In this document: piece by piece, positions 28,042 to 38,715 of the stretch
How the letters are laid out: every line of letters begins with the position of its first letter
How positions within the stretch are numbered: the first letter of the stretch is position 1
Assembly (NCBI GenBank): GCA_016186045.1
Contig: JACPMJ010000005.1
Location: 7,143-71,142 of the forward strand
Direction: 5' to 3'
Length of the DNA stretch: 64,000 bases
Source of the DNA: Candidatus Uhrbacteria bacterium
Lineage (GTDB): Bacteria; Patescibacteriota; Patescibacteriia; JACQRZ01
Notes under the pieces: model-generated
Told to the model about the DNA's origin: nothing
The model's database searches: none
What the model saw: only the letters and a program-made list of their open reading frames with translations
Position numbers and translations under genes: made by a program

Positions 28042-29844
28042 CTATCGCTTGAGCACCGCAAGATACGCTTCCGCAGGGATATCCACCTTTCCCATGGATT
28101 TCATGCGCTGTTTCCCCTTTTTCTGTTTTTCCAAAAGTTTTTGTTTTCGAGTGACATCTCCGCCGTAGAGTCCCACCGTCACATCTTTTCGCATTGGAGC
28201 GATGCGGTCCGATGCTATGACCTTTCCTCCGATCGCCGCCTGAATTTTTACCTCAAACATTTGCCGCGGAAGCATTTTTTTCAATGATTCAACGATTTTT
28301 CTTCCGGCGTAATACGCTCCATCTTCATAAACAATGGAGGAAAGTTCTTCTACAATGCTTCCGGCAACCAAGATATCCATACGCACCACATCCGCAGTCC
28401 GATATTCCATGAAATCGTAATTCATTGAGGCGTAGCCGGATGAGACGCTTTTTATCTTATCATAAAAATCCACAAGAATTGCAGATAAAGGTAGCTCAAA
28501 ACGCAAGATAACTCTGCGTTCACTCCCGTGAAGTTCCGAAGAAAGGTATTCCGTATTTTTATACACACCCTTTCGTTCCGTAGTACACGCCATGATTCCG
28601 CCGAGTGTGGACTCGGGTGTCACAATATCCACGCGCATCCACGGCTCTTCTATTTGTATCGGCATCTTATTTTGCGTAAGTTCAAGCGGGCCATGGATAA
28701 TTTTCTCAGTATTGTTTTGATAAGTTACACGGTAAGCAACGGATGGGATGGTTACGATAAGATTTAGCTGGTATTCGCGGTGAAGCCGCTCTTGGACAAT
28801 TTCAAGATGTAAAAGTCCGAGAAATCCGCAACGAAATCCAAATCCAAGCGCCGGTGAGTGTTCCGGCTCAAAGGTAAATGCCGCATCGTTGAGCTTGAAT
28901 TTTTCCACCGCTTCCCGCAGGCGTTTGAAATCATCTCCGTCTTTGCAAAATATGCCCGCAAATACCATGGGTTGTATTTCCTTGTATCCGCTAAGCGCGA
29001 GAATCTCTTCGCGATGATCCATGGAAACAATCGTATCGCCCACACGACACTCGTGCACATCACGTAGTCCGGTGACAATATAGCCGATATCTCCCGAAAA
29101 AAGCTCATCAGAGGGGGTGGCGCGCGGTTTAAAAAATCCCACTTCGAGCGCCTGAGCTTTGGTGCGTGTTCCTTTGAAAAATATTTTTGATTCTTTGCGT
29201 ATGCTTCCGGAAAAAAGTCGTACGTAGGCGATCACGCCGCGAAATTCATCGTACAAAGAGTCAAAAATAAGAGCCTGAGGTAGCGCTTCTTTTTTCCCCA
29301 AAGGCGGCGGGATACGTTTGGTAATTTGTGTTAAAAGCATCTCGACTCCCTCACCTGTTTTTGCGGATACCCTACAGATGTCTTCGCGCGCGCATCCCAA
29401 AAGATTGGATATTTCAGACTCCACCTCCGAAACGCGCGCACCCGGAAGGTCAATCTTATTTATTGCCGGAATGATAATAAGGTTTTGTTCCAGCGCCAAG
29501 TAAAGATTCGCAAGCGTCTGCGCCTGGATTCCTTGCGTGGCATCTACCAAGAGAATCGCACCTTCAACCGCGGCAAGCGAGCGTGATACCTCATAAGAAA
29601 AATCAACATGGCCCGGCGTGTCAATGAGATTGAGATTGTAAAGCTGTCCGGTAAGCGTATATGCCATGCGGACGGGCTGAAGCTTAATAGTTATTCCTCG
29701 CTCTCGCTCCAAATCCATTTGATCAAGAAGCTGATCCTTCATTTCCCGCTTTGATACGGTTCCGGTATATTCCAAAAGCCGGTCCGCAAGCGTGGATTTC
29801 CCATGGTCAATATGTGCGATGATGCAAAAATTTCGTGTTTCCAT
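28042..29844 (-). CDS. lepA: Elongation factor 4
   Basis: RNFCIIAHIDHGKSTLADR, GFRCGFLGLLH and KQKKGKQRMK. Confidence 0.97.
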   Translation of the reverse strand: METRNFCIIAHIDHGKSTLADRLLEYTGTVSKREMKDQLLDQMDLERERGITIKLQPVRMAYTLTGQLYNLNLIDTPGHVDFSYEVSRSLAAVEGAILLVDATQGIQAQTLANLYLALEQNLIIIPAINKIDLPGARVSEVESEISNLLGCAREDICRVSAKTGEGVEMLLTQITKRIPPPLGKKEALPQALIFDSLYDEFRGVIAYVRLFSGSIRKESKIFFKGTRTKAQALEVGFFKPRATPSDELFSGDIGYIVTGLRDVHECRVGDTIVSMDHREEILALSGYKEIQPMVFAGIFCKDGDDFKRLREAVEKFKLNDAAFTFEPEHSPALGFGFRCGFLGLLHLEIVQERLHREYQLNLIVTIPSVAYRVTYQNNTEKIIHGPLELTQNKMPIQIEEPWMRVDIVTPESTLGGIMACTTERKGVYKNTEYLSSELHGSERRVILRFELPLSAILVDFYDKIKSVSSGYASMNYDFMEYRTADVVRMDILVAGSIVEELSSIVYEDGAYYAGRKIVESLKKMLPRQMFEVKIQAAIGGKVIASDRIAPMRKDVTVGLYGGDVTRKQKLLEKQKKGKQRMKSMGKVDIPAEAYLAVLKR

Positions 29845-29872
29845 GCGGTGAGCAATAAATTGATTTGTGTGT

Positions 29873-30664
29873 TTACTGTACTAATACTGAGACAATCCTG
29901 ACGCGGGCATAATCCACTGCCGGGCTCACGGATGCGGTTTGAAAAAGGTCTGTTGGCCGGGTATCGAATTTTGAAATAGTACCAATAAGCAAGCCCGCAG
30001 GAATACCATCTTGTAGCCCGGATGTCTCTACAATGTCTCCGATTTCAATCTTTTCTGACATGGGAATAAGATCAATTTTCAACCCCAATCCAAATTGTCC
30101 GTTGACAACGCCGGTTGTGGGAGGTGTCGCCGCAATAATGGCTGTTACTTTGCTTTTACTGTCATTGATAAGCAGTACTTGGCTTGTCGCCTCCATCACT
30201 TTGTTGATTTTTCCAACCAACACCCCATTATTCGTGAGTACTGGCGCAGATAGCGTGATGCCGTCATTCTTCCCCTTGTCAATCAGGAATCCGCTTCTTC
30301 GCACATCCGTGGTCCAGCCGATGCGATTTGCAAGTTGGACATGGAATTTGCTTTGCTGAACAAACTTCAGCTGTTCACGCAAGGTTTCATTCTCACTTTG
30401 CGCGATGGTCAGTGCCGCACGTTCCACTTCAAGTTTTTGGATGCGCTCTTCCAGTATATGCAGAGGAGTTTTTTCTTTTTGTGTGAATAGGTCAGATATA
30501 TTTTGAAAAAAATCTGATACGCGCGTCGCCATGAAACTAAGCCGCGAGAGCACATATCCACTGCGCGCTTCCACTGGTGCAAGTATGCCAATGCCATGCG
30601 CGATCCAGAGGGCGCATATGCTGACGATACTGATGATGACTGCTCTGTGTATTCTCTGATGCAT
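29873..30664 (-). CDS. mreC: Rod shape-determining protein MreC
   Basis: TM, coiled coil, IDKG..DG, TSG...IPAGLLIG. Follows mreB. Confidence 0.9.
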   Translation of the reverse strand: MHQRIHRAVIISIVSICALWIAHGIGILAPVEARSGYVLSRLSFMATRVSDFFQNISDLFTQKEKTPLHILEERIQKLEVERAALTIAQSENETLREQLKFVQQSKFHVQLANRIGWTTDVRRSGFLIDKGKNDGITLSAPVLTNNGVLVGKINKVMEATSQVLLINDSKSKVTAIIAATPPTTGVVNGQFGLGLKIDLIPMSEKIEIGDIVETSGLQDGIPAGLLIGTISKFDTRPTDLFQTASVSPAVDYARVRIVSVLVQ

Positions 30665-30679
30665 GAGCCATGAAAGATA

Positions 30680-31732
30680 TTACATTATTCCGGAATCCTG
30701 CACCACAACATTTTTTAAGAATGCAAGATCGTCAATAAGCACTGCGGTTCCGCGAACAACGCACGTGAGCGGATCTTCTGCGGCAAGCACTGGCACGCCG
30801 GTAGCGTCGGAAATGAGGTGGTCAAGATTTCGCAGAAGCGCCCCTCCACCGGTAAGCAACAGGCCGTTTTCATAAATGTCGGACACAAGTTCCGGCGGCG
30901 TATTTTCTATAGTTGACTTCACGCTATCCACAATCGTACGGACGCTTCTGGAAAGCGCCTCGCGCACTTGTGCGTCATCCATGATGATTTCTTTGGGAAG
31001 GCCGGTTACCAGATCCCTGCCGCGTACTTTCATGACCAATGGTTCAGGAAGGATATCCGCTGACCCGATTTTTATTTTTACATTTTCCGAGGTCCGTTCC
31101 CCTAAAAGCACATTAAAATAGTCTCGTGCATATTTAATAATATCTTCATTAAATTCATTTCCCGCAATTTTTAGGGATTTTGACGTGACAATACCACCTA
31201 AGGAGACCACCGCAATATCCGTGGTGCCGCCGCCGATATCCACCACCATGTGGCCGCTGGATTCTTGTACCGGTAAACGCGCGCCAATGGCAGACGCCAT
31301 AGGCTGTTCAATGAGATACACTTCACGCGCGCCTGCGGAAAGCGCCGCGTCAATCACGGCCTTGCGCTCCACCTCTGTCACCTCTAAAGGAATGCCGATG
31401 ACAATGCGCGGCCGAGGGGTAAATGCAAATGTCTCCTTGTGTACTTTGCGGATGAAATATTTCAACATTTTTTCCGTCACTTCAAAATCAGAAATGACGC
31501 CGTCAACCAGCGGCTTGGTGGCAACAATATATGAGGGTGTTCTGCCCACCATTTTGTATGCTTCCGTGCCAACAGCCAGGATTTGATCTGTGCGATTATT
31601 GACAGCAACCACAGACGGTTCATTGATAAGAATTCCCTTGTCTTTCACATAGACAAGCGTATTTGCCGTACCAAGGTCTATGCCAAGATCGTTTGAAAAT
31701 CTGCCGAATAAGATATTCAGAACTCCGCGCAT
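30680..31732 (-). CDS. mreB: Rod shape-determining protein MreB
   Basis: GIDLGTANT, EPSVVA, VVDIGGGTTD and LTGGGALL. Confidence 0.96.
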   Translation of the reverse strand: MRGVLNILFGRFSNDLGIDLGTANTLVYVKDKGILINEPSVVAVNNRTDQILAVGTEAYKMVGRTPSYIVATKPLVDGVISDFEVTEKMLKYFIRKVHKETFAFTPRPRIVIGIPLEVTEVERKAVIDAALSAGAREVYLIEQPMASAIGARLPVQESSGHMVVDIGGGTTDIAVVSLGGIVTSKSLKIAGNEFNEDIIKYARDYFNVLLGERTSENVKIKIGSADILPEPLVMKVRGRDLVTGLPKEIIMDDAQVREALSRSVRTIVDSVKSTIENTPPELVSDIYENGLLLTGGGALLRNLDHLISDATGVPVLAAEDPLTCVVRGTAVLIDDLAFLKNVVVQDSGIM

Positions 31733-31735
31733 ACA

Positions 31736-32995
31736 TTATGATTTCATCAAAGAGACAATGTCTGAAAGCCGTAATATTTTTATTTCTTTACTCGCGCGTT
31801 CTTTCCACTCGCCAGAATCTTGCGCAAGCGTTTTTTCACTGATGACAATGCGATGCGGAAGACCGATGAGATCCGCGTCTTTGAATTTTTCTCCGGCAGT
31901 CGCATCGCTTCGGTCGTCAAAAAGTGTTTCAATGCCTGCGGAGAAAAGCGTCTCATACAGTTTTTTCGCTTCGTTTGAAATGCGTGTCTGTATCGCATCA
32001 TCAGAGCTTGTCAGCGGAATAATATGTGCGGCAAATGGCGCGATTGCCACAGGCCAGATCATGCCGTTTTCATCATGATTTGTCTCAATGACTGTTGCCA
32101 ACAGGCGCCCCACTCCAATGCCATAGCACCCCATGATAATTGGTTTTTTTATTCCATCTTCATTCACAAATGTCGCATGCAACGGCTCGCTGTATTTTGT
32201 GCCAAGTTTGAAGATATGCCCATTCTCAATGGCTGATTCCGTGGTAAGCACAGCGCCGCATTGCGGGCATACGGTCTGTCCCTGTTCCATGGTTTCAAAA
32301 TTTGCCGCAAAATCACACGATGAACAAAGAGCGATTTTATCTTCTCCGGTTGGCGCAATGCAGGCGAATTCATGGGAAAAATTTCCGCCGATTGATCCGG
32401 ATGACGCGCGGATAGGAACTGCGCGGATGCCGCATCGTTGGTAGATCCGCGCATATGCCGCTTTGATCGCCTCATAAAAAATATCCAGATCTTCTTCTGT
32501 TCGATGAAAGCTGTACAAGTCTTTCATGATAAATTCGCGCACGCGCAGAAGCCCGCTGGTGGAGCGCATCTCGTTGCGGAATTTTGTCTGTATTTGATAT
32601 GCGGAAAACGGCAGGTCGCGGTAGGAATGCACATGGGTGCGGGCAAGATCGGTGATCACCTCCTCATGCGTACTTGCAAGGCCGATTATTTTTTTATGCC
32701 GGTCCTCAAATTTAAAAAGCGGCGGGTCGATGGTATCCCATCTGTTGCTTTCCATCCAGAGATTCGCCGGCTGAAGACTGGGCATAAGAAGTTCTTGACA
32801 GCCGAGTATATTGAGTTCCTCGCGAATAATGTTCTCTATATTTTTATGTACGCGAAATCCCATAGGCAGGAGGGAATATACGCCACTCATGAGCTGTTGG
32901 ATGTATCCGCTGCGTGTAAGGAGAATATGGCTGATACTCTCCGCGTCGCGCGGCGAATGTTTGGATGTTTTTCCTAAGAGCGTTGATTGGAACAT
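31736..32995 (-). CDS. proS: Proline--tRNA ligase (short form without editing domain)
   Basis: THEEVIT, QTKFRNE, REFIMKDLYSF, GHIFKLGTKYS and MGCYGIG. Confidence 0.95.
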   Translation of the reverse strand: MFQSTLLGKTSKHSPRDAESISHILLTRSGYIQQLMSGVYSLLPMGFRVHKNIENIIREELNILGCQELLMPSLQPANLWMESNRWDTIDPPLFKFEDRHKKIIGLASTHEEVITDLARTHVHSYRDLPFSAYQIQTKFRNEMRSTSGLLRVREFIMKDLYSFHRTEEDLDIFYEAIKAAYARIYQRCGIRAVPIRASSGSIGGNFSHEFACIAPTGEDKIALCSSCDFAANFETMEQGQTVCPQCGAVLTTESAIENGHIFKLGTKYSEPLHATFVNEDGIKKPIIMGCYGIGVGRLLATVIETNHDENGMIWPVAIAPFAAHIIPLTSSDDAIQTRISNEAKKLYETLFSAGIETLFDDRSDATAGEKFKDADLIGLPHRIVISEKTLAQDSGEWKERASKEIKILRLSDIVSLMKS

Positions 32996-33005
32996 AGACG
33001 ATTTT

Positions 33006-34601
33006 TTATGAATGGAGTTGCAAGAGACTTGACCCGGTCATATCCGCGGGTTTTTCAATATTGAGTAAATCAAGGACGGTTGGCGCAACATCAGAGAGCA
33101 TACCGCTGGTTTCAAGCACGCTGAGGTCTTTTTGCGACACATCCAACGGATGAAGCGTTTTTCCCTCAAGTTCGCTTGCGATGATGATACATGGGATCGG
33201 GCTCCCATTATGCTCCTTGTCAATTTTTCCCGTCTGTAAATCCAAAAGCACCTCTGCGTTTCCATGATCCGCGGTCATAATCACCGCACCATCCTTTTGC
33301 AGGATAAGCGGCACAAACTGTTTGAAACATTGGTCCAAAGTTTCAATGGCTTTGATGGTCGCCTTCATGTTTCCTGTGTGCCCCACCATGTCCGCATTTG
33401 CAAAGTTCACTGCAAAAAAATCGTACGTGTCGCCCTCTATTGCTTTCACAAGGCTTTGTGTGATTTTTTGAGCGCTCATTTCCGGTTTTTTGTCATAGGA
33501 CTCCACATGTGGCGATGGGATCATCTCCCGCTTTTCTTCCGTGAATGGTTCTTCTCTGCCGGCATTTAAGAAATATGTGACGTGCGCGTATTTTTCCGTT
33601 TCTGCAATATGGAATTGTTTCAGTCCGGCGTTGCTCACTGCTTCCGCCAGGCAATTACGGATGATTTGTGGAGGGAATGCTACGTGCGCAGGTGTTCCTT
33701 TTTCGTACTGCGTGAATGTTGCAAAAAAAAGATTGGCATAGTCCATTCGCTGAAATGTGTCAAAAGATGGATCAGTAAATATCTGTGTGATTTGTCGCGC
33801 GCGGTCTGCGCGGATATTGAAAAAAATCACCGCATCGCCATTTTGAACGGGCGCGACAGGTTTGCCATGCTCTGTGATGACCGTGGGGATGAATTCTTCG
33901 TCGGTGACTCCCCTTTCGTATGATTCTTTGATAGTCTGCACAGGATCCTCGTGTGTAGAGTCGGATATTCCTTGACTGATCGCTTTGTATGCCCTCTCCT
34001 CCCTATCCCAGTGGTGGTCGCGATCCATGGTATAAAACCGTCCGGAAAGTGTTGCGATTTTTCCGTGTACTTTTTTTAGTTTTTCTACAAGCGTTTCAAT
34101 GTATCCGACGGCGCTTGCGTATGATGTGTCTCTACCGTCAAGAATCGCATGAACAAAACACTCTTCCAATCCTTCTTTTTTTACAAACTCCAACAGGGCA
34201 TACAGATGATCAATATGGCTGTGGATGCCGCCCGGACTCACAAGACCAAGAATATGAATTTTTCCTTTATTTTTTTTGACATGTTCCACTGCTTCGCGCA
34301 AAACAGGGTTTGAAAAAAAAGAACCGTCAGAGATGGCGGCATTGATGCGCGACAATTCCTGATATACGATGCGGCCTGCGCCAATAGTCATGTGCCCCAC
34401 CTCTGAATTGCCAACATCTCCCCATGGCAAACCCGCCGCTTCTCCGCCTGCTTGCAGGGCGACCGTAGGATACGTGGAAATATAATGGTCAAAATTCGGT
34501 GTATTGGCTTGTGTGATTGCATTGGCGCGTGATGGAAGCTGGATTCCCCAGCCGTCAAGAATAACTAATGCAACAGGACGATGCGGTTTTTGCATATTCA
34601 A
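33006..34601 (-). CDS. gpmI: 2,3-bisphosphoglycerate-independent phosphoglycerate mutase
   Basis: ILDGWG, GNSEVGH, AETEKYAHVT, NADMVGHTG and TADHGN. Confidence 0.96.
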   Translation of the reverse strand: MNMQKPHRPVALVILDGWGIQLPSRANAITQANTPNFDHYISTYPTVALQAGGEAAGLPWGDVGNSEVGHMTIGAGRIVYQELSRINAAISDGSFFSNPVLREAVEHVKKNKGKIHILGLVSPGGIHSHIDHLYALLEFVKKEGLEECFVHAILDGRDTSYASAVGYIETLVEKLKKVHGKIATLSGRFYTMDRDHHWDREERAYKAISQGISDSTHEDPVQTIKESYERGVTDEEFIPTVITEHGKPVAPVQNGDAVIFFNIRADRARQITQIFTDPSFDTFQRMDYANLFFATFTQYEKGTPAHVAFPPQIIRNCLAEAVSNAGLKQFHIAETEKYAHVTYFLNAGREEPFTEEKREMIPSPHVESYDKKPEMSAQKITQSLVKAIEGDTYDFFAVNFANADMVGHTGNMKATIKAIETLDQCFKQFVPLILQKDGAVIMTADHGNAEVLLDLQTGKIDKEHNGSPIPCIIIASELEGKTLHPLDVSQKDLSVLETSGMLSDVAPTVLDLLNIEKPADMTGSSLLQLHS

Positions 34602-35869
34602 GCTTTTTTCAAGAGTTCCGCTTCTATCTCCATAAGACGGTTATATTTTTCCACGCGTTCAGATCGTGAGAGGCTTCCCGTCTTGATATACTCGGCATTT
34701 ACGGCAACGGCCAGATCCGCAATGGTCGTATCACACGTTTCGCCGGAACGATGTGAGATATTGATTTTGTAATGATTCTTTTGCGCGAGTAAAATACAGT
34801 CTATGGTTTCAGAGAGTGTGCCGATCTGATTAAGTTTAATGAGAATAGCATTTCCCACCTTTTTGTCAATGCCCATCTGCAGGCGTTTTGTGTTTGTGAC
34901 AAAAAGGTCATCGCCGACAAGAAGGAGTTTTTTTCCGAGTTTTTTTGTAAGCTCTTGCCAACCGCTCCAGTCATCTTCGGAAAGCCCATCTTCCACAAGC
35001 GCGATAGGATATTTTTCTTTCCATTGTGCAATGCGCTCTATCATCTGGTCGGATGTAAGGCCGGTTTTTTTCCCCGCATCCAGCATATAGCGTTTTTTTT
35101 CAGCGTCGTAAAATTCTGATGCGGCAAAATCAAATCCAAGAGACACATCTTTTCCGGCTGTGTAGCCCGCATCAGAAATAGCCGCGAGAATAAGCGCGAT
35201 CGCTTTTTCATTGGTTCCTGCGAGCGGCGCAAATCCTCCCTCATCTCCTACTAGTGCCGGAAATCCTTTCTTTTTTAAAATACTTTTCAGTGAATGAAAA
35301 ATTTCAGCGCCAATGCGCACGCGTTCTGAAAATCGCGCGTGTTTTGGAAGTATCATGAATTCTTGAATTGCAAGTCCGCTATCCGCGTGTTTTCCGCCAT
35401 TCACAATATTCATGGTCGGATGCGGAAGCTGATAGGTATTTCCAAAAGAAAGATGGAATATATCGCGGATATATTTGTAGAGCGGTTTTTTTGCTGATAT
35501 GGATCCGGCATACGCACACGCGAGAGAGACGCCAAGAATCGCATTCGCGCCAAGTTTTGTTTTATTTTCCGTCCCATCCAATTCGCGCATGGTTTTGTCT
35601 ATGATGCGCTGTTCCGTGACTTCCACGCCACTAAGCGCCTGTGCGATTGTGGTATTGATATTGCTAACCGCCTTTGTCACTCCTTTTCCTTTGTATCGTT
35701 TCGGATTGTTATCTCGGAGTTCAAGAGCTTCATGACTGCCGGTGGACGCGCCTGATGGAACCGATGCGGTTCCACTGATGCCATTGTCGAGAAATACTTT
35801 GACGCGAACCGTAGGGTTTCCTCGTGAGTCAAGAACTTCAGATCCAATGATGCGGGTGATTTTTGGCAT
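34598..35869 (-). CDS. eno: Enolase
   Basis: DSRGNPTV, PSGASTG, GDEGGFAP and SHRSGET. Confidence 0.97.
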   Translation of the reverse strand: MPKITRIIGSEVLDSRGNPTVRVKVFLDNGISGTASVPSGASTGSHEALELRDNNPKRYKGKGVTKAVSNINTTIAQALSGVEVTEQRIIDKTMRELDGTENKTKLGANAILGVSLACAYAGSISAKKPLYKYIRDIFHLSFGNTYQLPHPTMNIVNGGKHADSGLAIQEFMILPKHARFSERVRIGAEIFHSLKSILKKKGFPALVGDEGGFAPLAGTNEKAIALILAAISDAGYTAGKDVSLGFDFAASEFYDAEKKRYMLDAGKKTGLTSDQMIERIAQWKEKYPIALVEDGLSEDDWSGWQELTKKLGKKLLLVGDDLFVTNTKRLQMGIDKKVGNAILIKLNQIGTLSETIDCILLAQKNHYKINISHRSGETCDTTIADLAVAVNAEYIKTGSLSRSERVEKYNRLMEIEAELLKKA

Positions 35870-35887
35870 ACGATTGCTGTTTAGCTA

Positions 35888-37186
35888 TTAAGATTTCATA
35901 AGATATGTTAAGACGGGAAATTCTTTCCCAGAGAGAAGCTCCAAGGATGCGCCGCCGCCGGTAGAGACAAAGGTAAATTTTTTTGTCAGGTGGTATTTTT
36001 TTGTAAAACTTTGCGTGTCTCCCCCGCCCAAGATGGATGTCGCCTTACTGTGAATAATTGCCTGTGCGATACCTTTTGACCCCGCGCAAAATTGATCCGT
36101 CTCAAAATATCCTACGGGGCCATTCCAAAAGACCGTCTTTGCTTTTTTTATAATAGATGCGTAATACGCGACAGTTTTTGGACCAATATCCAGATACATC
36201 CAATCGCGCGGCAAAGTGCTGTTGTGCTCTATAGAGATATTTTTTATCTCGATTGATGGTCCATCTTTACGTGACGCCGCGACAAAGTCGAGTGGAAGGA
36301 CAAGTTTTGGCACATTCAGGCCGGGCCCGAGGTTGACAAAGGTATCTTTGGTTTTTTTCAAAAGCTCTTCAGCGGTCTGAAGAATAGACTGTGTTTCTTT
36401 TTTTGGAGTGAGACTCACATCTTTTTCAATGTACGATGCGCCAATTTTTATACCCTGTACTTTGAGAAAGTTATGCGCCATGGCGCCACCGATCAAGATA
36501 ACATCCGCAAGAGAAAGAAACGAGCGGAGTGTCTCGATCTTATCTGAAATTTTTGCGCCTCCGAGAATAACGATAAACGGAACTTTTGGTTTTTTCATGA
36601 GTGATTGCAGTGTGGAAAGTTCTTTTTCCATATGAAATCCGGCGACAGAAGGAAGCGCTTTGAGAATTCCTGTCGTAGAGGGATAGTCTCTATGGCTTTG
36701 CGCGAATGCGTCAAAGACGACACACTCACCGAGCGTGGAAAGTTTTTGACTAAATTTTTCATCGCACGCCTCTTCTTCCAGATGAAATCTGACATTTTCC
36801 AAAAGAATAATATCCTTTGGTTTCATAGCGGCCAATGCGCGATCTACGTCCGGGCCGATGCAGTCGTTTAGTTTTTTTACTTTTCTATGGATGAGCTCGC
36901 TTAGGCGCTTTGCTACCGGATCAAGTTTTAGTTTTTCCTCAGGTTTTCCCGCGGGCCTGCCGAGCCATGTGAGAATAACTATCTTACAATTATTTTTCAA
37001 AAGATATTTCAACGAGGGAATACTTGCGGCGATGCGCGTATCGTCAGAGACGATCCATCTTCCTCCTTTTTTTTCAACAGGCACATCATACGCGGTACGA
37101 AATAGGACATGCTTGTTTTTCAGGGATATGTCTTTGAGCGTTTTTAGGCCAATGACCATAGTGTTTTGCCTTTTATGGATAAACAA
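35888..37186 (-). CDS. pgk: Phosphoglycerate kinase
   Basis: LLENVRF, GGAKISDK, WNGPVG and STGGGASL. Confidence 0.95.
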   Translation of the reverse strand: MFIHKRQNTMVIGLKTLKDISLKNKHVLFRTAYDVPVEKKGGRWIVSDDTRIAASIPSLKYLLKNNCKIVILTWLGRPAGKPEEKLKLDPVAKRLSELIHRKVKKLNDCIGPDVDRALAAMKPKDIILLENVRFHLEEEACDEKFSQKLSTLGECVVFDAFAQSHRDYPSTTGILKALPSVAGFHMEKELSTLQSLMKKPKVPFIVILGGAKISDKIETLRSFLSLADVILIGGAMAHNFLKVQGIKIGASYIEKDVSLTPKKETQSILQTAEELLKKTKDTFVNLGPGLNVPKLVLPLDFVAASRKDGPSIEIKNISIEHNSTLPRDWMYLDIGPKTVAYYASIIKKAKTVFWNGPVGYFETDQFCAGSKGIAQAIIHSKATSILGGGDTQSFTKKYHLTKKFTFVSTGGGASLELLSGKEFPVLTYLMKS

Positions 37187-37338
37187 AAAGCCTCATACAA
37201 TAAAGATAGTATATCATGAATAAAAAAATAAAAAAAGAGCGGAAAATAGAGAGAAAAATAGAGCAAAACCCTCCGTTTTCAGAGGGTTTTTGAGTATTGT
37301 TTTTTACTACGAACTGACAACTGTGTACTGTGTACTGA

Positions 37339-38355
37339 TTATATCGTACTTCCCACATGTTCCGCCATCTCGGCAAGGCGGCAGGAGTATCCCCACTCGT
37401 TGTCATACCATGCGATAATTTTTACCAGATCACCATCTATGACTTTTGTGAGAGAGAGGTCTACTACCGTGGAATACGAGCTACCGATAAAATCAGAGGA
37501 GACGAGCTGTTCTTCGGTTACGCCGATGATGCCTTTGTACATGGGATCTTGTGAGACTTTTTTGAAAAGCGCGTTTATTTCCTCCACGGTTGTTTTCTTT
37601 TTCAGAACAAAAACAAAATCTGTCAGTGAGACATCTGCTATCGGGACGCGCATGGCAAGACCGTCAAAAAGACCTTTGAGTTCCGGAATGGCCTCTGTAG
37701 TGGCGATGGCGGCGCCGGTAGTGGTGGGGACGATATTTTGATACGCGATACGCGCACGGCGCATATCCCCTTTCTTCAGTCCGGGCGGCGGACCGTCTAC
37801 GATATTTTGTTCGGCAGTCACTGCGTGAATGGTGGTCATAAGCGCCTTTGCGATACCAAATGCGCCGTGAAGCACCGTTGCGATTGGCGAGATGCAGTTT
37901 GTAGTACAGGATGCGTTATTGATAATGGGCTCTTTTGCGTACTTGTGTGCGTTTGCGCCAAAGACATACGTGGGAACTCCACCCTTGACCGGTGCGGAGA
38001 CAATCACACGTTTTGCGCCGGCAGTCAGATGTTTTTTACAATCCTCGATATTTGTAAATCTACCCGTGCATTCCAGCACTACATCTACATTCAGCGCCTT
38101 CCACGGCAGTTTTTCCGGTTCTTTCTCCGCGATAACTTGGAGTGTTTTTCCGTCTATAAAAATATTTTTCTCGTCATGAGAAATTTCTTTTTGAAAAGCG
38201 CCAAAGACGGTATCGTACTTCAAAAGATGCGCGAGTGTGGCGGAGTCCGTAAGATCATTGACCGCGACGAACTCGATATTCGGATTATCGATACCCGCTT
38301 TCAGGGTATTTCGGCCGATGCGACCGAATCCATTGATGGCGATGCGTATGGGCAT
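37339..38355 (-). CDS. gap: Glyceraldehyde-3-phosphate dehydrogenase
   Basis: INGFGRIGR, NASCTTNC and WYDNEWGYS. Confidence 0.97.
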   Translation of the reverse strand: MPIRIAINGFGRIGRNTLKAGIDNPNIEFVAVNDLTDSATLAHLLKYDTVFGAFQKEISHDEKNIFIDGKTLQVIAEKEPEKLPWKALNVDVVLECTGRFTNIEDCKKHLTAGAKRVIVSAPVKGGVPTYVFGANAHKYAKEPIINNASCTTNCISPIATVLHGAFGIAKALMTTIHAVTAEQNIVDGPPPGLKKGDMRRARIAYQNIVPTTTGAAIATTEAIPELKGLFDGLAMRVPIADVSLTDFVFVLKKKTTVEEINALFKKVSQDPMYKGIIGVTEEQLVSSDFIGSSYSTVVDLSLTKVIDGDLVKIIAWYDNEWGYSCRLAEMAEHVGSTI

Positions 38356-38403
38356 AGGGATAGTACTTAGTTCTTAGTTATCAGTTCGCAGTTATTTTTT
38401 ATA

Positions 38404-38485
38404 TGTCATCCTGAGTGAAGCGAAGGATCCCGTTCGTGATAAAGAGCTGGGATTCCTCTCCGCCAGCTGGCGGATCGGAATGACA
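38404..38485. repeat. REP/REPIN-like palindromic element
   Basis: Near-identical to 21742..21830. Confidence 0.8.
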
Positions 38486-38590
38486 TACATAGTATACCCT
38501 ATTTTTATAATCTTCACAAAATAAAAAAAGACTTATTGCATTTTGCGATAGGTCTTTGAAATTTTTTTTGCGGAATTACGGGGATGATCC

Positions 38591-38650
38591 CTACCTTACC
38601 ATGCCTTGCCCCGCCGGACCAAACCATACCATACCGGACCTCACCGCACC
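38591..38650 (-). repeat. GGY-NN pentamer array B (12 units), downstream of the RAMP-like gene; putative guide RNA
   Basis: Minus strand: GGTGC GGTGA GGTCC GGTAT GGTAT GGTTT GGTCC GGCGG GGCAA GGCAT GGTAA GGTAG. Confidence 0.85.
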
Positions 38651-38715
38651 TTAGATAAAATATGAGGACGAAATATCTTTCCTAAATATTCCGCCCTCTG
38701 AACTATGAGTGACGC

